Source: Octopus sinensis
Taxonomy: Eukaryota
Direction of reading: 5' to 3'
DNA: 64,000 nt
Assembly (NCBI RefSeq): GCF_006345805.1
Contig: NC_043007.1
Span: forward strand, 60,512,001 to 60,576,000
Part shown: positions 34,551 through 48,136 of the stretch, piece after piece
How the letters are laid out: each line of letters starts with the position of its first letter
How positions within the stretch are numbered: position 1 is the stretch's first letter
Position numbers and translations under genes: made by a program
Notes under the pieces: model-generated
Databases searched by the model: none
Told to the model about the DNA's origin: nothing
The model's input: the letters and a program-made list of their open reading frames with translations, nothing else

Positions 34551-37500
34551 GTAAGTCTTTCAATAATTCTGATTATTTTTGTTTATTCTTTTTTTGTATA
34601 CATTCATTGAAAATGTTTCTACAATAAAGATTATTTTTAAATGCACTTTAAAAAATACTATTGTTAATTGTTATATTAGGAATATGAATGTTGTGTATGT
34701 GTGTAGATATATTGAAATTCACTAGACTATAAAGACACATTAGAAGACTTCTATAGTCACATGGAAAATATCTTTTCAATCTACACTTAGAATATGAGTT
34801 GAGCACTAGTTCTTTTTTTTTATTGCTGTTTTTGCAGATTCTCATGCTTCTCTGTCACCATACTTAAAAACTGGACACTAACCACATTTCTTTTTATCCA
34901 ACAATTGTTTTATATATTTTCCTTTTTTTTCCTTTTCCATCCAGGTTTTCCCTCTAAAATATTTCTCTGGGCCTCTCTCTCTCTATCTATTTATCTCTTC
35001 CTTCTCTTCCTTCTCATTTGCTTCCTTACTATCTTACCTCATCAGCCCATTAGTTCTTACAATACAAGAAGATGACAAGAGAAATAACTCCCCCTGCAAC
35101 CTTCACTCCATCCACAAACAAACAAAAAAAACAGCAGTACATCCCTTTTCGCTGTGGTAAAAACAATAAATGATATATTATCTAACTTTAAATTTCTTGA
35201 CTATATATACTCTGAATGAAGTGGTAGGGAAATGGTTTTTAGCAAGTTGTAATGACAGATATTTCACAACCATGCTGTCAACTTTGGAAACATAAAAAAA
35301 TGGAAAACAACAAAGCTTTTGAGCAATGTCTGGTAGTAGAAAGAAAATGGGACAGTGTTTGACATCAGCTGAAACGTCCTTGAGAATCTAGACCCTTTGC
35401 ATCCAAACCACCTCCCTCCTCACTGATTCATCCTAAACAATATCCCTTGTTCTTTTTCCCCAGAACATCATTCTCTGGAATCTCTTTCCTGCTTAGGTCT
35501 TTTCCATATGTGTTGCCCTACAACAGCTTAAACAGAACATTAATAGCATTAAATTCACTGGTCTCATGATGCCCACAAAGGTCATAGATACTGCCCCTTT
35601 CTCTAGACTTAGTAAGAAAAAAAAATCAGTCAGATCCACTTTAAAGAGAAACCTCACAAAGAAATGTGGTTAGGATTAGGGTTAACTACAGATCTTTCCA
35701 GCTCATTCTTCCTAATTTTTAAAACCGAGAAGCTAAAATTAAAAGTTTTATATTTCTGTTTTTAACTTATGTCTTGGTGGAATATTGGTAACCATATAAA
35801 GCACACACTATTATATTCCCATTTTACTTAGTAGTGCTGTTTTGCCTCTCATCTTTTTGAAATAAGTACCAGTCAAGTACTGGGATTGATGTAGCCCCTT
35901 CCCTTAAAATTTCAGGCCTTGTGGTTAAAATAGAAAGGATTGTTATTAGTCTTATCCATCATTCTCATCTTACTAACCTTCCCTCATAACTCTGCCTAGA
36001 TTCTTCACCTACTCTCCCTCCTATTCTCCTTCAGTTTTAGGGGCCACTTTAGGCTCTTAGTCTTGCAAGTTATAAGGTAATTTTCACTAGTGTTGGTACC
36101 AATGAAAAAAGTGACACTCTGTAAAATGGTTGACATTAAGAAGGGCATCCAGCTGTTGACACCATACCAAAGCAGACATTGTCCTCTCACTTGTCAAATC
36201 CTGTCAACATCATCATCATTATTATTATTATTTCTTCAAATCTTTTCTGTTTGGCTGCCACTTTTCAATTTCTTTAATTTTTGTTCCACTTGATTTCATA
36301 TTTGGTGTATTGGTGTAGTTTTGTATGGTAATCATTGACATGAAATTCATTTTCACCATAAATCAATAAATAAAGAGTTAATAGCTTTTAAAGTTTGCAA
36401 ATTTTGAGTAATTTCCATAGTAACAAGCCAAGCTGCTTACCCTTCTATTGCTGTACTATCAAGGCGCATGGTTATTTTTCACTTTTTAAATGCTTAAAAC
36501 ACAAGTTATAAGGTGGTTATGAGATGTGCTAAAAATAACAGCTAAATTAGGCCTTAAATCACACACCATAATTTTTTTTTGTTTTTGCATAATTGTATGA
36601 ATTCCTGTGTGTAGAATACAAATTTGCAAAAGTTTTTCTGAAAATTCCAAAAAATAAAAGAGTTATGAAGGGTTATATGCCGTGTATAAATCAAAATTCC
36701 ACCAGTATTTCATTTGTTTAGTTTCATATTAAAACATGCTATTTTCACAATTTTGACAACTTGTGCAATCACACACAGAATGACAGCTTCCAAATCCTGT
36801 TTTCCGACTAGGTAAAAATGATCTGTAACTTTTTTTTTAAATTTTGGGGCAAAAAGTGAATTAGCCCCTGAGATTCAGCATGGAAAATTATATCAGAAAA
36901 CCAAATTTTAAAATTTTCACTAAACTCTAAAATTTCCACAGGTGCAGCCAAACAGAAAAGATCCATAATTTCTCCTTATATTTACAGCCAGGTCACAGGC
37001 GTGTTGTTTAACTGATATAGTGGAATAGTATGCCAGTAAACCAAGATTGTAATGTGATTTTAATAACTAGTGAAGCTATTTCATCTTGTTCCTCCAAAAC
37101 TAAGTGATTAATAAATTTGGAACATTATAGCATTCTACTTCTTTTCTGTTTAGTTGAAAAAAAAATTTTAATGGGCAGTTGAGAGGCAAAAATATAGCAA
37201 CTGACTAAGTTACCTTAATCATATAGCATTTAAACTGGCCATACCCAGCTTCTCACATCTACCCTACAATTTCATTCCTGTTGTGACCAGCCTGTTATTT
37301 TTTTTTTAAATCATAGTGTCAGCAGTACAACATTATCCTTTCTTTTTGAAGACAATAAGTTATGATTTGTGGAAAATTTACCTAGTGTTTCTTGCATTTT
37401 GAGAGACTATATTGAGACTTCCTTGTTGGCTTTAGTTGAAATGTTAAATGTTGTCAGCAGCTCTGGTTCTGATAAAATTAATGCTTTGCAACATTGCTAT

Positions 37501-38010
37501 GATAAAAATGAGTTTTTTAAAACATTCTAACAATTTGTTAACTAAAGGTACCACGAAATACAACAGTGTGTTTAAAAAGTGTTTTAAAAATATAATCAAA
37601 CAATAATCAAAATATTTTGATAAAGACTTTGATTTTGAATCAGTACTGAGAGAAAATTTCCAACATCTGTAGAAAAATCATTTTAGCTACCATATTCACT
37701 AGCACACAGTTGTTCACTAACACACAGTTGTTCACTTCTCTCTGTCTGTCTCATTTTTTTTCTTTCTCTCTTTCTTTCATCTTTCCTTCCTTTCCCCCCC
37801 CTCTCACTGAGCCAGTCAGTTGACATAATGGTACCTAGTTAGAGTGGATTACAGAAAGTGAAAATATTTCTGTTGCACATAGCTCAGTGATAAAATATAA
37901 ACCATTGCTATGTTTGTCAGTATGCCAACATACTTGACTCCATTGTCATTTGTGCACACTCAAGAAAATGTTTGTAAAATTACTTATTGTACAACTTTTA
38001 CATGTATTAG

Positions 38011-38131
38011 GAAATTAAAGAGAAAAATATACTTCTCAAGAAGTTGGACCATGAACTGGAATATGAACGACATCATTGCTTTGAATTGGAATGTAATCTC
38101 AAAGTAAACAAGAAGATTATTTCTTCAAAAG
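38011..38131 (+). CDS. NUMA1: NuMA-like coding exon 8: EIKEKNILLKKLDHELEYERHHCFELECNLKVNKKIISSK(D)
   Basis: Acceptor catgtattag, donor gtaatg at 38132, 121 nt, phase 0 to 1. Resembles the first coiled-coil segment of NuMA. Confidence 0.85.
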
Positions 38132-38619
38132 GTAATGTAACACAGCTATCCTTTCTAGATGTTCATTAGTGGCTGGCACTTCATATCATCATCATCATCG
38201 TCATCATCATTTATTACCTTCTTTTACATGCTTGCATTGTCACGGTAGATTTTCTACAGCCTGATGCCCTTCCTGTCACCAATCCTCACTTGTTTCCAAG
38301 CAAAGTAATATTTCCTAATTGCCAGACATGTTTTTTTCATGGAAGACTCAAACAACATCACATGTTGTTGAATAATTTAGATATTGATTCAATTAGTTAC
38401 TTCTAATATTAATAACTCAAATAGGAAGACGGAGTGAATCCTATTGTTTTTTTTAGGCAATCAAAACTATGCAGAGTTAGATATCTTGTTTCAGGACACA
38501 TTTTTAAATTCACAATTTTATATTTTCCATAAGTTGGTGGCTTTTACCTAGTTTAATAAAAATATTCAAATTTTTGTGTTTTTGTTGATTCTCGTGATGA
38601 GAATTCCAGTTCTTTGATC

Positions 38620-38870
38620 AGAGGAATTATTTACTAATGGTGTCACATAAAAAGCACTGGTGATGATACCATGTAAATAGCACTGGTGATGGTGCCACAT
38701 AAGCCCCCAGTACACTCTGTGGAGTGGTTGGCATTAGGAAGCCATAGAAACCAAACCAAAGCAGACTATGGAGCCTGGTGTGGCCTCTGGCCTTACCAGT
38801 TCCTATCAAGCTGTCCAGCTCATGCCAGCATGGAAAAATAGACATTAAATATTGATGATGATGATGAAAT
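38620..38870 (+). mobile_element. RTE-tail element upstream of exon 9
   Basis: aaaagcac repeats, catgccagcatggaaaa and a (GAT)n tail. Confidence 0.75.
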
Positions 38871-38961
38871 AAGTGAAAGTAGCTGAATATATTCACTTTA
38901 TTTTTCCTAGTTCTATATCTTTGTTTTTTTTTTCTTCTGTTCTATTTTTTGGATTCTTTAG

Positions 38962-39079
38962 ATGACAAGATCCAAGAACTGAACAACCAAATTCGAGATT
39001 TGAAGAAGTTGCAAGATCAGTTAGATGACTACCACAATCTCAAAGATGAATATGACAAACTAGAGGCTACTGCTACAAG
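38962..39079 (+). CDS. NUMA1: NuMA-like coding exon 9: (D)DKIQELNNQIRDLKKLQDQLDDYHNLKDEYDKLEATAT(R)
   Basis: Long polypyrimidine acceptor, donor gtatgt at 39080, 118 nt, phase 1 to 2, heptad pattern. Confidence 0.9.
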
Positions 39080-39082
39080 GTA

Positions 39083-40870
39083 TGTGAAATCAGTTCATTT
39101 GGCGGTGGCTACTGCTGCTGTGGCAGTGGTGGCAGCAGCATTTGTTTCAGCTACTTGCATTCTGAGTTCAAGTTTCATTGTGGTTGTCTTTGGCACTGTA
39201 ATATTCTTGTCACCACTATTATTAGTGGCGGTATTCCACATCTTATTATCTTTGACTTGTCTGTTGTGCTATTGCTGATAGCTCTGCAAGACAACTACTT
39301 TGTTATGTCTACATTGATGGTAACTCAAACTTGTATATATCATGTAACTGACACTGACTCCAACTGAGAACTTGTACAATGACTCTACTACTACTCACCT
39401 CCTACAATGACTGACTTTATAGTGGTTGAATCATCCCACTTTGTCATGTGAGGAATGTACCATTTTCACTACATCTTCCCTTTTAGTTTTTTTTGGGGGG
39501 AAGCAAGTAATTTTATTTTACTTCATTCTCTCCTCGTCCCTTTTTAGCATTTTTTTTTTTCAACTGTAATGTTGTTGGTACTTGGAATGTATCATACAGC
39601 CATTCCATAGATTCTTCTAATCTGTCTAGTTCATTTTCTATGAATCTTTTCTTCAATTGGTTTCTGAGTTTTTTTCAATATCTTTTCTGCTTTTAATTTC
39701 ATATATCATTTTTCCTTTGTACTTTATAATTTTTCCTTCTTCCCAGTATTGTTTTCCATTTTTATATGATCTTATGTACACCTTATCTCCAGTATTGAAA
39801 AATTTGGGATTGTGTTTCCTGGTACTTTTTCTTTCCTCGCCAGGTAAAACTGATTTCACCCTCCTCATGAACATCAGTTCAGCTGGTGAGCTTCCTGCTG
39901 GTGTATTGAGGTTTGGAATCACCCTGTATACCGTTGGGAATTACCGCAGAGTAACTTCATCTGTGGCTTCCTTATTTGCTTTTCTCAAAGCTCTTTTAAA
40001 AGTGTCCACAAAATGCTCTGCCTGTCCATTTGATCTGGGATGGTAAGGTACTATTGTTTTATGTTCTACTATGAACATTTTGCAGAATTTTCTAAATTCA
40101 CTGGACACAAATTGTGTTCCATTATCAGTTGCAATCACATCTGGAATGCCAAATTTTGTGAATAATTCGTGCAAAAAATTTATTACAATTGAAGCAGTTG
40201 GTCTTTTACACTTTGCAATTTCCAGCCATTTTGTAAAACTTTCAACTACTACTAAGTAGTAGTAACCATTTAACGGACCCACAAAATCGATATGTAGTCT
40301 TGACTGTAGAATTTTTACTTCTGGTCAAGGCTCCCATACATCAGTATGCCATCACATGTTGAATATGTTTACATCTTGTTTTTTCTTACTGAACCTTTTT
40401 TTTTGTTGTTTTCTTTCACTGACCATAGAGATTTTTTTATGTTCATTAATGAACTTTTCTTTTGACATGTGTCACTTTATTTCCTCCAGAGTTATTGGTA
40501 ATTCTCATACATCGTTCCAAATTATGTGTTTAATTTCCCCTTCAGCTCTTAGGGCTGCTATTACTGTGTCCTCAAATAGTTCACCATTTCTAGGTATCAA
40601 CCTGGATAGACTGTCAGCATATCCTAGCTTTTTCAAAGGTAAATATTCCATAGTATAGTTGTAGCTTAGTAGTATAGTGCCCCATCTCTGCAACCTGTTT
40701 ACTGTATGGGATTCTTTTCTTGGATCCATAAATCATTAACAATGGGTGATGGTCTGTTTGCGAAAATTTTGGACTATGTTTCCTTCCTGTTCTGTTGGAT
40801 GGCTTCTGTAAGTATAACATGGAGTTTGAAATAAACTTAGGGATGGGACTCTCTGTCTGTTTTTCTGCCA
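39083..40870 (-). mobile_element. Ty3/Gypsy 3' remnant: RNase H end, integrase, PPT and 3' LTR (~39473 to ~39083)
   Basis: Remnants QTDHHPLL, NRLQRWGTILLSYNY, FGIPDVIATDNGTQF and PYHPRSNGQAE. The minus-strand PPT AAAAGGGAAGA is immediately followed by TGTAGTG at 39473. Confidence 0.88.
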
Positions 40871-40956
40871 TTTGATTTAGATGATAATGATTACTATTTT
40901 AAATAAAATAGTATATACCACCACACATCAACATTTTCAACTTGGATTGGTTGTGA

Positions 40957-43100
40957 CCAGTTCTGCCAAATGTATTTTGATGAAAGTACGAGATTTAGCA
41001 AATAAAAGTACCACATTTTGCTCAAAAAGTACCAAAATTTCAATTTGTAATATTTTGCCTATAAATCAACTGAAATGCATAATATATATTATTTATAATA
41101 TACATGGTTTTATTTTAAAGTGACCTACACATATTCAATGTACTTACTTTATAATTAGAAGATTGCATCATCAACAGGGTGAGGTTCCTCTTTGTACCAA
41201 TGTCCTTGCCCTTCTTTTAATTTAGCACAAAGCTCTGCATTGGGTGCATAGGTTGTGCAGTTTACATCATGAAAAAGACTTTTTGAATGTAGCCAAGCAT
41301 TAATTGTTTGGGTATGCAGTTTAGACCTATACTTGACTTTAATGTTATTTAGGACTGAAAATATTCTCTTGGCAGCAGTTGAAGAATGTGGTAATGATAG
41401 GAGCTGAAACATAAAGCATTATAGGACCACATAACAAGCTTCATCTCGAGATTTTTCCTTAGAAATTTCATACCAATAATCTTCTGGTTTGGTACCTTCA
41501 GTTTTGTCATTGTTATCTTGAAGTTTAAGTTCACTCCATTCTTTATTAAGAGTTTCAATCTGACTCTCCTGAACAACATTTGGAAATTTGCATGCCAGAG
41601 GAACAATTGAACTTGGACCATTATTATCATGAATACTAACTGGGTCTAGTGCCTCTTATGGAAGAAATCATGTGCAAAGAAGTGCTGAAAAATTTCCTTT
41701 ACAAGGCGCACATAAAGATTTAATGTTTTCACATGAAATTGTTTAAATTCAGTTGTACTAATAGATGAAGTTTTTCTATAAATGCTTTCAACTTTTGCTC
41801 CTCTATAAATTTCAATTATGCGAAGATACACTGATGGATCATTGATGTTAATTTCAGGTAGCTCTTTATTTTTAACAATTTCTTTTTTAACAAAATTGCC
41901 AAGTATTCATTTAACAGTACATGTGATAGAATTGTGCAGTTTGTGCATTCTGTAGCTTTCTGATTGGAAATCTAAGTTCAACTTAATAATATCTGGCAAA
42001 ATATATGCTAAAAATGCATAATACATTTCTGTGATTGGATTTGTTAATGAGTTCACATTTGAAGCTGCACCGTTATCTTCAGTAGTAGCAGTAGTAAAGA
42101 ATAACACTAGAGCAGGCCACTGTTCTAGTATTCTTTTGACAACTTGTTCTAAAGAGAGTCACCTTGTACAACTTACATGTAATAATTTATGAGGATTTGT
42201 TTGAGTAAATGCCTGAAATTCTTCATATTCCTGCAGTCTCTTTGGGCTATTTAAAAGGAATGAATATATGCTCATAGCAAGTTCTAAGCATGAAGTTAAT
42301 TCTGAACATGCCTTTGATGCACAGATATGCATAGAGTGACAGACACAAGCCTGAATAAAGAGAGAGGGAACTTTGTTCTTCAGTAATACCTGCACACTTC
42401 CCTTCTGTTCTATCATTACACTAGCATTGTCACTGGCAAATCCTCTCAAATTTGCAAAGGGAATGTTATGTAAGGTGAAGACTCTTTCAATAGAGGGGAA
42501 AATTCCATTAGCAGAGCAATCCTTGGCTTCTGAAAGAATCAAATAGCTATCAATAATTTTTTTGATTGCTACAATCATAAAATCTAGCTAACAGAACAAG
42601 CTGGGTTTTTTTTTTTTGTACTTACATCAGTAGTTTCATCAACAATTAATAAAAACTTGCACTCTTTTAACTGTTTAATGAGGTTTTCAAAGTAATAAGC
42701 GCCTAAAACATTTTTATATATTTGAGTATCTTAGGTTCTTGCACATTTGATATCTTTAGCTATTTTGGAATCAGGACATACATTTTGCATTAGTTCAGGT
42801 AAATGATCCATAAGTCTCACTGGTAAGTTATGTTTTGCAGTGAACAAACAAAGCTTAAACTCTACAGCTGCTACATTCGTAATATGAACAGAAGTTATAC
42901 ACTGCAAAAAGTCGGTCGGTCGGTTTTCGACTTTTAATTTCTAAATTAACATTTTTAATATGCTGTTGTGTTTGAAGAGAGTCATTCTCTTTTAGTGCTC
43001 TACAGTGCTTCAACACACAAACTCACATAAAGAATTTTGCAAATCAAATCCAAAAACGAAGTTTTTAATATGTTAAAATAAAAATACATATAAGGAAAAC
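40957..43100 (-). mobile_element. Decayed hAT DNA transposon
   Basis: Remnants DETTD, GFASDNASVM, CVCHSMH and the C-terminal dimerisation motif LLSLPHSSTAAKRIFS. TIR-like cagttctgccaaatgt at 40957. Confidence 0.82.
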
Positions 43101-43138
43101 CCTATCTTTATCGTAGAATTCACCTTATAAAGTCACCA

Positions 43139-43200
43139 ATTGGATAAATATATAATTTCTATTGGATAAATATATAATTTCTATTGGATAAATATATAGA
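43139..43200. repeat. 22-bp tandem repeat (attggataaatatataatttct), ~2.8 units
   Basis: Read directly from the sequence. Confidence 0.85.
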
Positions 43201-44191
43201 GATACAAAAATTATATTTGGATCTACTTGTTATACATGAGGAATTACCTTGGATGTGTATTCTACTTACATTTACTGGTGTCTGGTTGTTGGATATAGTT
43301 AACCAAATTTGTTTAAAGCTGAGTGCTCTGAATTTTTTAATCTCTTTTTTTTCTTTTTTTTACACACACGCACGCGCACACACACCATGGTTAGACATGT
43401 TTTTCACAGATTAGAAACAAACAACAGTACCTGCATGACAGTGATGTATGTTTACAATCATCAAGTGACATCAAGACAAGAGTACACATAAACACACACA
43501 ATGCATACATGTGTATGTATGTGTGTGTGTTAGTCAGGCTTCTTTCAGTTTTCCTCTTCCAAATCCACTCACAAGGCTTTGGTCAGCTGAAAGCTATAGT
43601 AGAAGGCATTTTCCCAAGATGTTGCACAGTAGAACTGAACCCAAGACCACACAGCTGGGAAGCAATTTTCTTAACCACACAGCCATGCCTACCCCTATCT
43701 CTGAAATACACGTCTTTCAACTATTGAAACCATAGTGATTTATTTGGTACACAAAATATTAAGTGAGCAGGGATTATAATTATCTGAAATATTTAATGAA
43801 ATTAACACCTTGTCTCTTCCACAAAATTTCAGATACTAGTGTGCCTAAAATGTATAATACTGGGTAGTAAAGAAATAAGAGTATTGAAAGTTGTGTATTT
43901 GGCTTAGTTAAGTAAAATCTATTTCAAGTACACTGGTAATTTATGAAATCCACAAGGGAGTTGAGAAAATGATTGGACATCAAGGGTACTGACTACTATG
44001 GGTGTGTAATGTGAAAAAAATGTGGTTAATGAATGACAATTTAAAGCTCTAGATTAAAATTAAAACCTCAGAAAATAGTCAAAATCCACTTGGTAATATG
44101 GAGTCTCATGAATAAGAAGATACAGGCACAAAGCTCTGTGTAAAATGTTGTGTTGTACACCTATCTATATTTGATTGTTTTCTATCACCAG

Positions 44192-44297
44192 GGTGAAAAG
44201 TCAGAGTGATGAACTAAAATCATTGAAATCAGAAAATACTTTGTTAATAAATGAGAATACCAAGTTATATGAAGAACTGAATAAAATGAAGGAGATG
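44192..44297 (+). CDS. NUMA1: NuMA-like coding exon 10: (R)VKSQSDELKSLKSENTLLINENTKLYEELNKMKEM
   Basis: Acceptor ttttctatcaccag, donor gtatgt at 44298, 106 nt, phase 2 to 0, coiled coil. Confidence 0.85.
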
Positions 44298-44698
44298 GTA
44301 TGTAAAAAGTTGAGGGAGAGAAAGTGATAATTGGATGGTACATACACTGACATTTCAATTTAAATATCATCATCACTTATTATTTTTCTCTGGCTTTCTC
44401 TATTTCTCTGTCTATTTTTTCTCCCATTCATCATTGATCCCACTATTTCTGCATCTCCCTTTTTCCTCTCCCCCACTCAAACCCTGTTAGTTTCTCTCTT
44501 GCTGCATTTCACTAGCTTTTCTCTCCCTCCTCCTCCTCATCCTTCTAAACTGATGTTGCCACTTCTACTATAATTATAAGTACCAACTGTTTCTTTATTT
44601 TACTCTGAACTTCTTCCTTTAGCATGACACAAGAGGCAGGTGGATAGGTACTACTTTATTAATAATAGATATGTTTATATAATATATATATACACACA

Positions 44699-45558
44699 CA
44701 GGGTGCAGTAAATAAACTGTTGTCTAAATTACGCAAAAATGAAAATAACACTGACAACTCATTTTAACAGATATATTTACCAAAATACTTAAAAATATCT
44801 TGAAATACTAAAGAGTAAATTTATTCAATAAAATTGTCATTTGCTTCAACCATGGCCTCCAGAGGATTTTGGAATCTCCTGCAACTCTTCTGGACGGTCT
44901 CCTTGTTTAAGTTGGTAAATGTTGCCATAATCCTTGCCTTTAGTTCCTCTTTCGTGTTACAAGGAGTTTTGTTGGTCTCTTGCTCAACTACACCTGACAC
45001 ATAATAATCAAGGGGGTTGCAGTCTGGGGAGTCAGGTGGCCAGATGTTAGGAGTGATGTGATCGCAGAAATTGTCTGACAGCTATGACTGGGTTCTCCTC
45101 CTTGTGTGGTATTGTACAGAGTCCTGTTGCTAGACACAGGATCTTCCAGCAGGCACCCTTTTGACTCAAGGCAGCACTACCTCTTCCAAGCACTTGATGT
45201 AGACCTCCATGTTGAGTATGAGACCATGTGGGAAGATGAATGAAGGCATAATGTCACCATCACTAGTCATCACTCCAAACACCATGATGTCGACTAGTTG
45301 TTTGATTCTTATCACTCTCAGTACATGTCCTCAGATTGATGTGCAAACACTCTGAAATGATTATATTGGAGCTTCTGGCTCAAATACCAAGCAGTACAGC
45401 ATGTTGTTTCCAAATTTCTGGCAGAGTGAATTGCCTCATGGTGCTGTTTTTCTCACAGATGGTGCCCAACTTCTATACTGTGTAGTCCACAAAATCAAAA
45501 ACAATGTGCATGCATGAAATTAAAAACATAAAATGGTGCCAATTTACCCATCACACCC

Positions 45559-45561
<3 letters not shown>
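44699..45561 (-). mobile_element. Internally deleted Tc1/mariner-superfamily element (maT/DD37D-like)
   Basis: Termini CAGGGTG.../...CACCCTG. Minus strand reads WPPDSPDCNPLDYYV.GVVEQETNK. Confidence 0.75.
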
Positions 45562-45599
<38 letters not shown>

Positions 45600-45628
45600 A
45601 TATATTTGTGTGTATGCATATATATATA

Positions 45629-46873
45629 TTGAGTCATCCCATAAATAATGTTTTTTTTTATACTTCTTTTATTTTTCAAATTTATGATAAACAAAGTTCT
45701 TTTTTAATCTAAAATATACTCTCCTTCATTTTCTGCAATGCTTTTCCATCTATCTGGTAGATTTGCAAGGTCCCTCTTTCAAAATTCACTTGTCCGTAGT
45801 GAAAAATATTTCTCCAGTACTGTTCTGACCTCATCTACAGAATTCATATTTTGTCTGTCCAAATGATTTTGAAGACTGCAGAATAAATGATAATCAGATG
45901 GAGTAACGTCTGACAAATATGGTGGGTGGGGCATCGTTTTCCATTCAAACTACTCCAGCCTTTAGAATGTCATCCTAGCTACATGTGGCCAAGCATTATC
46001 TTGATGGAAGAACACCTTTTGTCTTGAAAGATGGTCGTTTTTCTTCTAGCGCTCACTTAAGTTGCTCAAGCTGCTCACAGTAGATCTCCTTTGTTATTGT
46101 TTGGTTTGGGTTTAAAAGTTCAAAGTGGACTAAACCTTTCATATCCCACCAAACAGATAACAACACCTTATGTGGGTGAAGATCTTTTTTAGCCTGGGGT
46201 GCTGGTCTTTCTCCTTTCCCTACCTACTGTTTATGGCACTTGACATTTTTATAGAGAAAGCATTTCTCATCACCAGTAACTATTCAGTCCAAAAAAGGTT
46301 CAGCAAAAAAGAGCACATGTTCAATCTGTGCATGCAATTAGACAGGAACCCATTGACCCTATTTGCTAACTTTTCAGATGGCACGCAGGTATCGATGAAT
46401 GGTTGAATGCCCAAATCCAAACTTCTCTGCTAGTTCCTAACTGTTATGTTGTGAATTTGTTCCACCAGAGTTTGCAGGATGTTGTCATCGAGCTCTACAG
46501 ATGTCTCAGGATGAGGCTTGTCTTCTAGGCTGTAGTCTCCAGCTCAGAATTTCTGGAACCCTCATTGACACCTGCTTACGCTTATTGTCCAATCCCCATA
46601 TCCTGCATTAATATCCTTTGCACATTCCATTGCATCGTTGCCTTTATTGAACCCATAAAGCAAAATATGCTGAATATACTCCTTTGTCTCTTCCATTATA
46701 GCTTTGAGAAAATAACTGTTAAAATAGAACTACACTCTTCAAAACTTATACTAAGAATAAGGTAAAATTACTACCTGCTTTTATAGCAAACTGATGCAGG
46801 TAATTTATCCCATCCCACTCTGACTTTTAGTTCATGATATGGAAAAAATTGCGTTATTTATAGGATGACCCAA
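45629..46873 (-). mobile_element. Mariner element, family X copy 2 (inverted relative to 32482-33904)
   Basis: Same TIR, TTGAGTCATCCCATAAATAATG. The internal sequence is the diverged reverse complement of copy 1. Confidence 0.9.
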
Positions 46874-47047
46874 TATATATATATATATATAGTCAGCTGA
46901 TGAGATCCAGAGATTCTCAGTATAGAAGGCAGTAGCGCTCTAGACTCTGATGCCTTTGCAGGAGATCAATTCCACAGGGTAAATGGCTATAAGAGGGATC
47001 AAGTTGAGCAAATATGGAGGCAAATATGCAGATAAATAAATGAAATA

Positions 47048-48136
47048 TCTATATATATAAAACTCAACTTGTGTGTCTGTGTGTGTATCTATGTGTGTGT
47101 CTGTGTGTTTAACTTCCCGTCGCATCTCCTCCTAGCCAAAAAATCGTAGAACCACCAAAAATGGGTCACTTAAAGTTTAGGCGAATGAAAATTGAACTGC
47201 GCTATTTCTGTTCCGAAATTCATCTCACAAGTGCAAAAATCGATAATGTGTTTGTTTAGGCCTTATCCCATACATTGAATAGTGAACTTTACTCAGTCAG
47301 CTGTTTGACGTGAACTGCGTTCACCTCACGTGCAAGCATGCGTAAATTGCACGAAAAATAAAAAATCAAGATATAAAAACGAATCGCCGTAAACATTGTA
47401 GAAATTCGGCAAGGAAATGAATTTTCGAGATGTAGCCTGGAGGGTTTTTTCGTATTAATCGTTTGGACTTTGTGAATACATACCAATTCTTTTCATAACA
47501 TTTTTAATGCTTTGAATTAAATGTGACCATTTTGCATTGAGTCTGCAGTTTGAATCACTTTAACCAAATGTTAGCAGGCCGGATTTTTGATCATCACGAT
47601 ACATCGCCAGCGACTCCCTGAAATCCCCGTTGAGAAATCTATATATATAAAACTCAACTTGTGTGTCTGTGTGTGTATCTGTATGTTTAACTTTTGGATC
47701 TACCAAGTTTCATTATTAAGGATGGAAAGTAGTGTGTAGCAAATTTAAATATATAAAGCTGAAGTTGTCTGTGTGTGGCAGGTTTGGTAGCCTTCAACTA
47801 ACACTATCTCCTTCGAGACCCTGCAGCGCAAGTTGACCAAAATTGAGAGTATGATAGAAGAAGGCTTGCTCTTCATTTTGTAGAAGATAAAATTCAAATC
47901 AGACCATGTTAACACCAAAAATTATTTACATCAAAAAGGTGCTTTTTTTCTATGAAAATCCCTATTTTTTATGATTTTTGACTGCTGTGTCACCATTTTT
48001 CAGTGTATTTCAACCGGAAAAATGTTCACTTGAAGAGAATAAATAACAAGTTGCATAATGCAAAATTTTTACTTTTCAAAAATTCCAATTCTAAAGGGTC
48101 GAAACAAACCCAAACAACACCGGGTGATACCGCTAG
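47048..48136 (+). mobile_element. Stack of non-autonomous Helitron-like elements (5' ends at 47048, 47638, ~47747; single 3' CTAG at 48133-48136)
   Basis: A^TCTATATATATAAAACTCAACTTG occurs twice. The 3' end is ...aacaccgggtgataccgCTAG^T. Confidence 0.7.

Noticed and set aside
34944-35156. Open phase 0 to 2 segment after a strong polypyrimidine acceptor
   Set aside because: Low-complexity CT-rich sequence with a weak donor, probably a chance open frame.
36400-37000. Possible non-autonomous DNA transposon interior
   Set aside because: It looks repeat-like, but I could not identify TIRs, a TSD or coding remnants.
42585-42630. Apparent gtaagt...ag mini-intron in the hAT transposase (minus strand)
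   Set aside because: It reads as coding DETTD-VSTKK-QL..LARFYD with an expanded A-run.
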